DNA of 64,000 bases from Flectonema sp. DT1601 (GCA_964019425.1 OZ025794.1:1054001-1118000), one strand, 5' to 3'. Shown: positions 39,656 through 48,669, numbered from the stretch's first letter. Notes: generated by a model from the sequence alone, not told the origin. Translations and numbers: made by a program.

Positions 39656-39711
39656 AGGTTTCGAGAGTAATCCATATACCTCTTACCTCTATTCTCTCAT
39701 CATCAGTATGG
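39656..39711 (-). ncRNA. Putative hammerhead ribozyme, non-circularly permuted (copy A, in the Penelope-like element 3' region)
   Basis: Minus strand reads CCAUA-CUGAUGA-U-GAGAG-AAUAGAGGUAAG-AGG-UA-UAUGG-AUUA-CUCUC-GAAA-CCU. Stem I CCAUA/UAUGG; stem II GAGAG/CUCUC; stem III CCU/AGG; GUA triplet, predicted cut between 39677 and 39676. About 170 nt downstream of the ORF2 stop on the same strand. Confidence 0.75.
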
Positions 39712-39883
39712 TGTAGAAGTAAGTCAATCATCTGTTGTGACTGAAGCATCTTAGTTAGCAAGACTAGGATGTAGTTACTTTGTTATAATGTTTATAAAAA
39801 AAACATTCTTCTTGTTATTACTAGTTCGTAGCGCACTACTAGTGGAGCACTCTTCTACAATAAATGTAGAAAGTATAAGATGA

Positions 39884-41764
39884 TTAATTATCAAGATCTG
39901 ATGCATAATCTGATACATCTTCAAAATCATGTAAAACAGGAGTCGAAGGAGTATCTAAGATGTTCGTAACGTTCTCTTTATCTTCACTTTTAGGTGTGTT
40001 GATATCTTCTTGTTTGGCTCGTTTCTTTCGTACATCTTTTCTTAGTAGCGGCTGCATAGGACTTTCAGAATTTAATCTCTTTGTATATTTCGACTTCTCC
40101 TTCTTTTTTGCTGAAGCGACTAGCATCTTATTAACCTCAACTTTGATCTTGCGTTTACTTTTAGATCCGTTCTTATTCTCTAACTTTTTTCTCTTGTCCT
40201 TGTCCATGTATCCATTAAATTCGATTATTGGAATCGGACTTTCAGAATTTAATCTTTTGCGGGTATCTCTTTTTGGTGTAGTTAGTGTACTATCCTCTTT
40301 CTCAAGAATTTGTGTTACTAGCTTTGCACCTCTTTTGATAGACCGCACGTTTAGTTTCTTCTTCTCCTTGATGACCATTGTGATCTTGTTGGAGCCATCA
40401 CTGTTGTTAACTTCATACGTTGTATTATCATGATCCATGTAATATGGAAAGTCCTTTGAGGCTCTGAATATTGCGCATATGTGGACATGATCAATAATTG
40501 ATTTTTTAGTCTTGAAGCAATATTTACATTTCCTCTTGATATGCGTTGTATCTTTGTAGGATGGTTCTGACGAGGATGTTGTAGTTGGCACGTCAGTCAT
40601 TGAGTTCTCAACTATTTCTGTTGCCTTTTCTAGTTCAACATGCGACGTTGTCTCATCTTTCTTACTTCCGGTTTCATCTTTAAGTTGGGGAAGTATCTTA
40701 CTAGATTCTTCATTGATAGGTTCCGATGTTTTATCCTTAATCTGCGTATGTGATTGCGTAATGACTTTAGTTTTAGGGATAATTGACTCGTGAGATCCAT
40801 TATTGAAAGCTTTCTTTTTGGATTGCTTCATAGCATGTTTATGAGACAGTATATTGGACTTTTTGTTACGTTTTGAACAAGGTTCAAGGGTATCACTTAA
40901 ACTTTCCGGCATTGAAGTTACGGGGTTCATACTATCTTCTGTGTCTATGACAACAGTGTTATTTCGTGCTGCTGTTTTCGGAGTTGTAACTTTTAACGAT
41001 GGTGCAGTGTATGTTGTAACAATCTTGTTAGGTTGCCTATTCATTGCTAAATCATAAATAAGCTCCCGATTGTGTCCATTCCAACAAGTTAGTGGTTCTT
41101 GTGGGACAATCTTGTTGGTTGTCGGAGTTTTGATTTTGCCTCCCGACTTTTGTTTTACCGGTGTTTCAAACACATGTCGATGTTCAGGTGTTTCTAAACA
41201 CGGTGGTGATATAGCCTCAGTCGCAATGAGACTATTGTTTCTGACCTCCATATGAACATTAGTTTGTGGTGGTGAAGCAAGTTCGTTTGCGTTGATACTG
41301 TTGTTGTCGATAACTATAGGCATATGAATACCAGTCTGCGGTGGTGAAATATACTCGAATGTCTCGAGACTGTTGTTGTTAATTACCGTATGAACATCCG
41401 TATGTGGTGGTGCAATAGGCTCAATTACGTTGAGATCATTGTTATTGATCAACATATGTACATCCGTTTGTGGTGGTGATATCTCGTTGTAGCTATTGGT
41501 ATCGACATCGGTAAGGCAAGTTTTATGAATTGAGTCGTTACTCTTTTTCTTGGCACTTATAAGAGTATCCACATGTGGTGGTGGGATGATGTCAATATCA
41601 TATAGACTTCTGTTATTGACGGCAATCACCGTGTCAATATCAATATCCATCCGAGTTGGTGAAGTAACATCTGTTGGACTCTTAGTATCGGAGGATAGTT
41701 GGCGGTGAGATGGCAACAATGCTGTCCCCGTTGTGATAGACTTGTGGGGGTGAGATGGCAGCAA
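39884..41764 (-). CDS. PLE ORF2 / frameshifted continuation of ORF1: ISPPQT-type repeats, C2HC zinc-finger-like motif, Lys-rich tail
   Basis: 626-aa open frame overlapping the ORF1 end in the +1 frame. The ISPP repeats begun in ORF1 continue here; CKYC-x9-H-x3-C at 40475-40528; duplicated KRLNSESP. Confidence 0.62.
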   Translation of the reverse strand: MLPSHPHKSITTGTALLPSHRQLSSDTKSPTDVTSPTRMDIDIDTVIAVNNRSLYDIDIIPPPHVDTLISAKKKSNDSIHKTCLTDVDTNSYNEISPPQTDVHMLINNNDLNVIEPIAPPHTDVHTVINNNSLETFEYISPPQTGIHMPIVIDNNSINANELASPPQTNVHMEVRNNSLIATEAISPPCLETPEHRHVFETPVKQKSGGKIKTPTTNKIVPQEPLTCWNGHNRELIYDLAMNRQPNKIVTTYTAPSLKVTTPKTAARNNTVVIDTEDSMNPVTSMPESLSDTLEPCSKRNKKSNILSHKHAMKQSKKKAFNNGSHESIIPKTKVITQSHTQIKDKTSEPINEESSKILPQLKDETGSKKDETTSHVELEKATEIVENSMTDVPTTTSSSEPSYKDTTHIKRKCKYCFKTKKSIIDHVHICAIFRASKDFPYYMDHDNTTYEVNNSDGSNKITMVIKEKKKLNVRSIKRGAKLVTQILEKEDSTLTTPKRDTRKRLNSESPIPIIEFNGYMDKDKRKKLENKNGSKSKRKIKVEVNKMLVASAKKKEKSKYTKRLNSESPMQPLLRKDVRKKRAKQEDINTPKSEDKENVTNILDTPSTPVLHDFEDVSDYASDLDN

Positions 41765-44700
41765 TTGTATTTACTTTGTATATTCTCGGAGGTGATACCG
41801 CCATGATTTGACACCCAGATGAGCTGTGATATAGGTTACGAAAGTTTGGGATGGTTGGTATAATCTGCGGTGTTGCAATTATAAGTGTTGTATTTTCGTA
41901 ATTAAATTGTGTATCCGTATTATAAAGTGGACCAGTTAGAATAGTGGTCATTGGTGATTCCATATGTACATCGGTATTTGGTGTAGCATATTCCATATGA
42001 CATAAGTTAGTATTCTGATTGGTGTTCAAGATATGATTGGGAACCTTAGTGAGCTTTGTGGTTCCACTTACAAAATCATTTGACTTTTGATCTTCAGAAG
42101 TTATGTAATCAGTGATGTCGAAGTGAGTATTGGGTTTAGAAGCCTTGTTAGCAACACCTATTGCTTCCTTATCGTCCAAATCCACATCTTGCTGACCTAT
42201 TTTTGGATCTAGGTGTGTATCTATCTCTGGATTTTGAATGACTTCCTTTGGATCTTGAATGACTTCCTTTGGATCTTGAATGACTTTCTTTGGATCTTGA
42301 ATGACTTTCTTTGGATCTTGAATGACTTCCTTTGGATCTTGAATGACTTCCTTTGGATCTTGAATGACTTCCTTTGGATCTTGAATGACTTCCTTTGGAT
42401 CTTGAATGACTTTCTTTGGATCTTGAATGACTTCCTTTGGATCTTGAATGACTTCCTTTGGATCTTGAATGACTTCCTTTGGATCTTGAATGACTTCCTT
42501 TGGATCTTGAATGACTTCCTTTGGATCTTGAATGACTTCCTTTGGATCTTGAATGACTTTCTTTGGATCTTGAATGACTTCCTTTGGATCTTGAATGACT
42601 TCCTTTGGATCTTGAATGACTTTCTTTGGATCTTGAATGACTTCCTTTGGATCTTGAATGACTTTCTTTGGATCTTGAATGACTTCCTTTGGTTCTTGAA
42701 TGACTTCCTTCGGTTCTTGAATGACTTTCTTTGGTTCTTGAAGGACTTCCTTATGAGTAGTATTTTCATTCGAAGATCTCAAATCCAATGGATCTGCGGC
42801 TTTAGCTGTTGTAGAGATATCATCCTCTTCAAATTTCTGTAACATCTCGTATAACAGTGCTGTGTCATCGTTATCATTCGTCTTTTGACTAAGAGTATCT
42901 TTCTCTTGTTTGTTTTCCATGTGGGGCTCCATTGTTGGATAGTCGAGGTTCGGAAATTGGAGTTTCTCCATAGGATTGTTTTTTGTAGGGCAGAATGCGA
43001 AGTGATAGTCAAATGTTTCCAAAGGATATATCCTGGCAATGTCGTTCCACGTTTCATAACTTGGAGTGTGTTGAATGATATCATATCCTGCATACTCTGT
43101 ATCTTTTCCGATAAATAAGATATAGTGAGTGTATGCTAATCTACGTGTAATTATAACGAATGGAAAGCGTTTTAGGTTTTGTTCTTTGAGTATATTGTTG
43201 ACTTTATCTAAATCTTCTGCGCTGGTACAATGGTGTATTTCTAAGGACAGATGAATCTTAATTGTCTCATATATGACTAATTGGTGAAACCATCCATCAG
43301 GATTGAATTGGAACATTTCAACCAATCCTAACCACTTCATTTCTTGTGTTGCCAACTCATCTTGAATCTTAAAGACTTTAGATATCTGAATTCTCTCGAT
43401 GTTCAGATAATCAGCCATAAAATTAATGGTGGCCCAACCACACTCACCGCTGTTAAGGCCTTCAGCTGGTTTAGTGTGCATAGAAATAGGAAACCTTTTA
43501 TCGATCGAGATATCCCATTCAGGACCTCTATCATTCTTCATAACTGGTTTTTCAGTTTGAGATTTTTCCGTTTCATCTTCTTGCGTTTCTGTAGTATTAT
43601 CTGTCATAACTACATCAGTATCTGGTGTGTTAGGAGTTGACTTCCCTTCTGTTGTAACTTCCGCCGATTTTCCAGGCGTGTCAACCTTGAGGAAGATTTT
43701 TTGAATATCACTTTCCGTATATTTACTTGTAATTGGAAAGTAATAACCTCCATTAGTACGACCAACAACCATGTGACATTCGTGATTCACATGTTTGTTA
43801 ATTATTTCACGGGTTGTCTTACCCTGGTCGTATGATAGAATACTGATGGGAACAGGTAGTATTTTGTCGAAGTCTTTGCAAAATTTGGTTACTTTAAATA
43901 TCCCATTGCGATATTTAATATCCAAAGCATCAATCTGTGTCTCAGTGTTCTTGTTTATTGCGGTGGAACATATTAGACATTGATCTGGATTGTTAGTGAT
44001 TGAGTGACTTGCAATCCGGAATGCAGTAACCATGGTGTTATTACATTTTTTGAGTTTTGCATACCCAACGTTCTTATCGAGTAACATGTTATAAATGTCA
44101 TCTCGTCCATTCAGTTTGTAGTACTGTTGGATTGTTTTCTTCTCAGAGGTGACGGGTAGTTCCTTGTCATATCTCCAATTTGTCTTGAAAAAGAATTGCT
44201 GGAGGTTATCTCTCTGTTTCGGAAAATCCCAGTATGTACTAAGAATGAAATCTTTGTATTGTGGGAAGAGGCTCTTCTTCGAGTACCCTCGGCTGCGTAG
44301 CCTGTAAATCACCTTTTCGATTTCCAAGTATAAGTCGAAGTCATTGTTGATATTGGTTGCTGCTCTGTACAAGGCTCCTTTCAATATGCCCGGACCAAGG
44401 CTTCTTGGTGCGTTTGATGTCGAGCTTGTGTATTTGATGGGTTGAAAATTGAACAGATTTTCTTTGTCCCATATTGACAGACGAATGAATGGATGTCCTC
44501 TTGGTCTTTCTTCAAATCTTACTCTCATTCCTAGGAAAACTATGTCATTGCGTCCAAGTGACGTATCTGTGTATGACATTTGATATTCAGCTTGCGGAGG
44601 TGGAGTAGGTTCATTCTTACTAAAGATTAGAAAGTCATCAATATATCTGAAGATTATCCTGTCATTAGCAATACTTAAACCATTGCTATGGATGATGTTG

Positions 44701-45263
44701 TCAATCCAGTTCTTTTCGATACCAAAGCAGTACAGATTAGCAATGTGAGGAGAGCATTGAGAACCCATTGGAATACCATGACATTGCCTTAACATATGGT
44801 CACCATTTTTAATATAAGAATTAGATAGTATTACATTCAGTAGTTCCTTGATCTCCTCTATGTTGTAAGCAACTTGCACATCTTCGTTAAATTCGTTTGC
44901 CAAGTAGAAATCTTTACCAATTCGACTTCGTTTATCTCTAACTATCAAATTGTCTCCAATGTATTCTTCGACTAATGTATTAATAACAGCTTTAATTTTT
45001 GTATGTGGTAAGTTGGTGTACATATCTGAGAAGTCAAAAGTGCTAACTCTCATTTCTTGAAGAGAGGAGTAGTTACTTTTAATGTACTGAGCAACTTCAT
45101 CAACATTATCCACAATGAAGTATTTTCTGATTCCTGTTGTATCAGATTTCTCTGTTTCGACTTTTTTAACTATAGACATAAATGTTTTCATGATTGAGGC
45201 GATCGGCAGGTGGAGGTGTTCACGATTTTTCACTTTGCTACACGAAAATTCACGATTTTTCAC
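41682..45263 (-). CDS. PLE ORF1 (N-terminally truncated): reverse transcriptase + thumb + Josephin-like protease + KEVIQDP repeat
   Basis: RT motifs STFDFSDMYTNLPH (~45030), QCHGIPMGSQCSPHIANLY (~44770), FRYIDD (YIDD 44634-44645), VFLGMRV, PLE-type thumb GALYRAATNIN...LRSRGY. The first ~20 codons come from unrelated flanking DNA. Confidence 0.82.
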   Translation of the reverse strand: MKNREFSCSKVKNREHLHLPIASIMKTFMSIVKKVETEKSDTTGIRKYFIVDNVDEVAQYIKSNYSSLQEMRVSTFDFSDMYTNLPHTKIKAVINTLVEEYIGDNLIVRDKRSRIGKDFYLANEFNEDVQVAYNIEEIKELLNVILSNSYIKNGDHMLRQCHGIPMGSQCSPHIANLYCFGIEKNWIDNIIHSNGLSIANDRIIFRYIDDFLIFSKNEPTPPPQAEYQMSYTDTSLGRNDIVFLGMRVRFEERPRGHPFIRLSIWDKENLFNFQPIKYTSSTSNAPRSLGPGILKGALYRAATNINNDFDLYLEIEKVIYRLRSRGYSKKSLFPQYKDFILSTYWDFPKQRDNLQQFFFKTNWRYDKELPVTSEKKTIQQYYKLNGRDDIYNMLLDKNVGYAKLKKCNNTMVTAFRIASHSITNNPDQCLICSTAINKNTETQIDALDIKYRNGIFKVTKFCKDFDKILPVPISILSYDQGKTTREIINKHVNHECHMVVGRTNGGYYFPITSKYTESDIQKIFLKVDTPGKSAEVTTEGKSTPNTPDTDVVMTDNTTETQEDETEKSQTEKPVMKNDRGPEWDISIDKRFPISMHTKPAEGLNSGECGWATINFMADYLNIERIQISKVFKIQDELATQEMKWLGLVEMFQFNPDGWFHQLVIYETIKIHLSLEIHHCTSAEDLDKVNNILKEQNLKRFPFVIITRRLAYTHYILFIGKDTEYAGYDIIQHTPSYETWNDIARIYPLETFDYHFAFCPTKNNPMEKLQFPNLDYPTMEPHMENKQEKDTLSQKTNDNDDTALLYEMLQKFEEDDISTTAKAADPLDLRSSNENTTHKEVLQEPKKVIQEPKEVIQEPKEVIQDPKKVIQDPKEVIQDPKKVIQDPKEVIQDPKEVIQDPKKVIQDPKEVIQDPKEVIQDPKEVIQDPKEVIQDPKEVIQDPKEVIQDPKKVIQDPKEVIQDPKEVIQDPKEVIQDPKEVIQDPKKVIQDPKKVIQDPKEVIQDPKEVIQNPEIDTHLDPKIGQQDVDLDDKEAIGVANKASKPNTHFDITDYITSEDQKSNDFVSGTTKLTKVPNHILNTNQNTNLCHMEYATPNTDVHMESPMTTILTGPLYNTDTQFNYENTTLIIATPQIIPTIPNFRNLYHSSSGCQIMAVSPPRIYKVNTIAAISPPQVYHNGDSIVAISPPTILRY
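42228..42752 (-). repeat. In-frame 21-bp minisatellite, 25 copies, encoding K(E/K)VIQ(D/E)P
   Basis: Unit GGATCTTGAATGACTT(C/T)CTTT; 525 bp = 25 x 21. Confidence 0.97.
43000..43480 (-). other. Josephin (ataxin-3-like) cysteine protease domain
   Basis: ECGWATIN (Cys 43440-43442), DGWFHQLVIYETI, THYILFIGKDTEYAGYD (His 43125-43127, Asp 15 residues later) match the order and spacing of ataxin-3 LCAQHCLN / SGFFSIQVISNAL / HWF...FNLN. Confidence 0.68.
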
Positions 45264-45362
45264 GATTTTTCACTTAATTTTTTGCTGCTTTCTGGTAGTG
45301 AAATCCCGTGAAAATGTGTGAAAATGTGTGAAAATGTGTGAATTCTAGTGAAAAAAGTGAGT
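45219..45362. repeat. Small fold-back-like element with opposed TTTTCAC / GTGAAAA sub-repeats
   Basis: Several TTCAC(GATTTT) copies on the left and GTGAAAAT(GT) copies on the right, directly at the PLE truncation point. Confidence 0.6.
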
Positions 45363-46081
45363 GATATCCAGATGGTACCGTTGGTGCTGGTGTGCTGTGC
45401 GATGTCAAACCTGTTCAGTTTGCCATACGTCATGTCACTTTGACAACTAAATGGGCATCGCTTGTGCCCAGTGACCCATCACCCTTCCTGACCATCGCTT
45501 GTGGTGAGGTTCCGGACTTTGGACCGGCGCATCGCGTGTGCGGTGGGTTTAATCACTGAGGGGCTCATTCTCGTTCATTGCCTCCTCTTTTCGCTGAGCA
45601 GTTTTTTCTTGTGCAACTTTCCTGGCAGCAGCATTTTCTGCTGCTTTCGCTGCTTTCGCTTGGGTCAGTGTGGCGGACTGCTGGGGCACCGGGAGGGAGA
45701 GGGGGTCACGCAACTTTTGCTTTGTGGGGAGCTCCAGCGCAAAGCATTCAACAACAGAGAAAATGAATGCCCCGCGCTGGGACTTGGTTGGGGGGTTAGG
45801 TAGGGATGGTGCGTCCACCGGGATGATGCTGCCATCAGGCTTGGTGAGCATGGGGTCATCGGGGACATCGCTCTTCAGCTTAGAGACCTGAATGTGGTTC
45901 ACATGGGAGAGGGCGTGGTTGACCTGCCTATTGACTTCCAGCAGGCGGGCGTGGTGAGGGGAGACTGTGTCACCGCAATAGCAGCAACGAAAAATGCCCT
46001 TTCCCCCCAAGGGTTCCAGCATGTAGAACCATCTACCTGGAAGCTCGGTATCGAGCAATGCAAAAATCTTTTCCCAATAAT

Positions 46082-47361
46082 AGACCACCAATGTTGTGCG
46101 TTGATAGGCAAGGTGACCAACCTTGACATTCTTTCTTTTCTCTCCTGTTGTGACAAACACAAAATACACACACAGCTTACAGTGTGTTCTTTGTGTATGT
46201 TTTCTTCAGGTGTGAGTAGTTTTTTTGTTCTTGCTCTTCAGGGAGGGCCTTAGCCAAAAGCTAACAGTCCAAATCTCACCTGGTAAACTCAACTCAGTCT
46301 TTGTCAGTTTTGGCATCAAACCTGTAATGGTTACATTAACTACCATTTCAACAGGTTATTTACTGAAATATTTGTTCTAAAAGTTGCTAAGTATTTCTCA
46401 CTTAGAAATTTTTTATTTTTTTATTTTCAGCTTAATCAGCTACAAATTGTTTCTACTAAGTGTTTCTCACTTAGATTTTTTTTTTGCTTTTCAGCTCCTT
46501 AAAAGCTGCTAAGTGTTTCTGCTAAGTGTTTCTCACTTAGAATTTTATTGTTATGTTCGTTTTCTATCCCCTCTTCTATCCCTTTTGTTCAAAAAAAGCG
46601 ATGAGAAATTTCTCTCATTCATGCTAAGATGCACTCTGAACTTTGATTTTTTGATCTGAGTGTGAGGGAATGACCTGTTAGTGCATTGGGCATAAGCTGG
46701 GCTGCAGTTTAGATGTCTTAGGTGTTAATAGGGGGTTCCTCTTAGCATTTTTCTTTGTTCCCACCTTATGATTTTCTTGAAGAAAAAAAATAGAAGTCAT
46801 AATGGTGCTTCCCTCTGGAAGGGTTGTAAGCCATGGTGTCCAACTAAATTAAAGGACAAGTCTGGGATAATCCCTGCCAGAGGGGCGAGTATTCTACCAT
46901 GGTTGAAATACTCTGGCAACTGATCTTCAATTTTATGTTGTTTGTTAGCTGCTGGTGTATCTTGATTATGTGTTGATACTTGCATTTTTTTATTTGTAAT
47001 CTTCTATTACAATTCTCTTTCTGTTCTGGTCTGTTACTTCATTTGTCTTGTTTAACTTCAGTTATATCCATTTTACTTTTTATTGTTTCCCATCTACTTT
47101 TTATTTTCTATTAGTTCTGGTCAGAAACTCCTGGGCAGCAAGAAGGAAAGCAGTTTAGTACTTCTGGGTGTTTGGCATCACCCCCCATAGTGAGCAAGTA
47201 CAACAGGTAGCATTGGTAGTCTGTTGATCCTGAGTGATCCCAGCTACAGTTTTGTTTTTCTTTCTTTTTTTTAGAAGAAGATCAGGACATCCAAGCACTG
47301 CTGGATAGTTGCTGAATGCAGGGCCTGCCTGTGGCATTATAATAACAGGCTAAGTCATTTG
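46082..47361 (-). repeat. Inverted, circularly permuted copy of the 1.3-kb repeat unit
   Basis: Reverse complement of the 49.6-55.2 kb unit (same 60-aa and 62-aa ORFs on the minus strand); spans the unit-unit junction at about 46295. Confidence 0.92.
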
Positions 47362-48172
47362 ACAATGTTATCATTGTTTTTTTTATCGATCGACTTTGTC
47401 GACTAATTTCTATTTTCCGTCCTGGTCAAGACGCTAAACTGATTATTTTTTTCTTTAAAAAATAAATAAAAAGAATAAAAAAAAAAAAAAAAAATGAATA
47501 AACAATGTTATCATTGTTTCTTATCGATCGACTTTGTCGACTAATTTCTATTTTCCGTCCTGGTCAAGACGCTAAACTGATTGTTTTTTCTTTTAAAAAA
47601 TAAATAAAAGATATAAAAAAAAAAAAAAAAAAAGAAATAAACAATGTTATCATTGTTTTTTTTTATCGATCGACTTTGTCGATTACTGTCTACTTTCCGT
47701 CCTGGTCAAGACGCTAAACTGATTGTTTTTTTTTAAAAATAAATAAAAAGAATATTAAAAAAAAAAAAAAAAAAAAATGAATAAACAATGTTATCATTGT
47801 TTCTTATCGATCGACTTTGTCGACTAATTTCTATTTTCCGTCCTGGTCAGGACGCTAAACTGATTGTTTTTTCTTTAAAAAATAAATAAAAAGATAAAAA
47901 AAAAAAAAAAAAAAGGAATAAACAATGTTATCATTGTTTTTTTTATCGATCGACTATGTCGATTACTTTCTATTTTCCGTCCTGGTCAGGACGCTAAACT
48001 GATTGTTTTTTCTTTAAAAAATAAATAAAAAGTTAAAAAAAAAAAAAAAAAAGGAATAAACAATGTTATCATTGTTTTTTTTTTATCGATCGACTATGTC
48101 GATTACTTTCTATTTTCTGTCCTGGTCAAGACGCTAAACTGATTGTTTTTTCTTTAAAATAATTAAAAGGAA

Positions 48173-48203
<31 letters not shown>

Positions 48204-48478
48204 GAATAAACAATGTTATCATTGTTTTTTTTTCTATCGATCGACTATGTCGATTAATTTCTATTTTCCGTCCTGATCGAGACGCTAAACTGATTGTTTC
48301 CTTTTTTTTTAAATAATAAATAAAAAATAAAAAAATAAAAAAATAAAAAAAAAGAGCATCTCCCTGCTATCCCTCATATCCCCACAATAATATTATACCT
48401 TTTCATTTTCTCTTTCCTTTTCTGGTCTTTTTTTTTTTTTTTTTTCCTTTTTCATACAACGTTTTTTTATTTATATAT
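47362..48478. repeat. ~140-bp hairpin-rich satellite (7 units) plus conserved ~125-bp tail ending in (TA)n
   Basis: Units start at about 47362, 47502, 47641, 47785, 47922, 48060 and 48210. The tail GAGCATCTCCCTGCTATCCC... recurs at about 61796 and 62854. Confidence 0.93.
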
Positions 48479-48488
48479 CATACTTGTA

Positions 48489-48642
48489 CCCCTTTAAAGG
48501 GGGCAAAATAAAGGGGAAATTAAAGGGCTTTTAATGCCCTTTAATTTCCGTAATTCCAAAATAAAGGGGAAATAAAGGGGAAATAAGCAGAATAAAGGGG
48601 GGTGGGAAAGCCCCTTTATTTCCGCTTTATTTATTAAATCCC
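48489..48642. repeat. Palindrome-rich segment built from ATAAAGGG(G) sub-repeats
   Basis: Perfect palindrome CCCCTTTAAAGGGG (48489-48502); 14-bp inverted repeat GGAAATTAAAGGGC/GCCCTTTAATTTCC (48515-48549); further AAATAAAGGGG / CCCCTTTATTT copies. Confidence 0.75.
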
Positions 48643-48669
48643 AAGGCACCCACCACGCTGCGTCATCCT

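Larger units (their letters stand above)
39560..45200 (-). mobile_element. 5'-truncated Penelope-like retroelement (PLE), no recognisable endonuclease; boundaries approximate
   Basis: PLE-type RT, hammerhead motif in the 3' region, AT-rich composition distinct from the neighbouring giant gene. RT similarity begins abruptly just upstream of motif A at about 45.2 kb. Confidence 0.8.

Noticed and set aside
42213..42842. (LWILNDF)n and (KSFKIQR)n ORFs
   Set aside because: Alternative readings of the stop-free 21-bp minisatellite.
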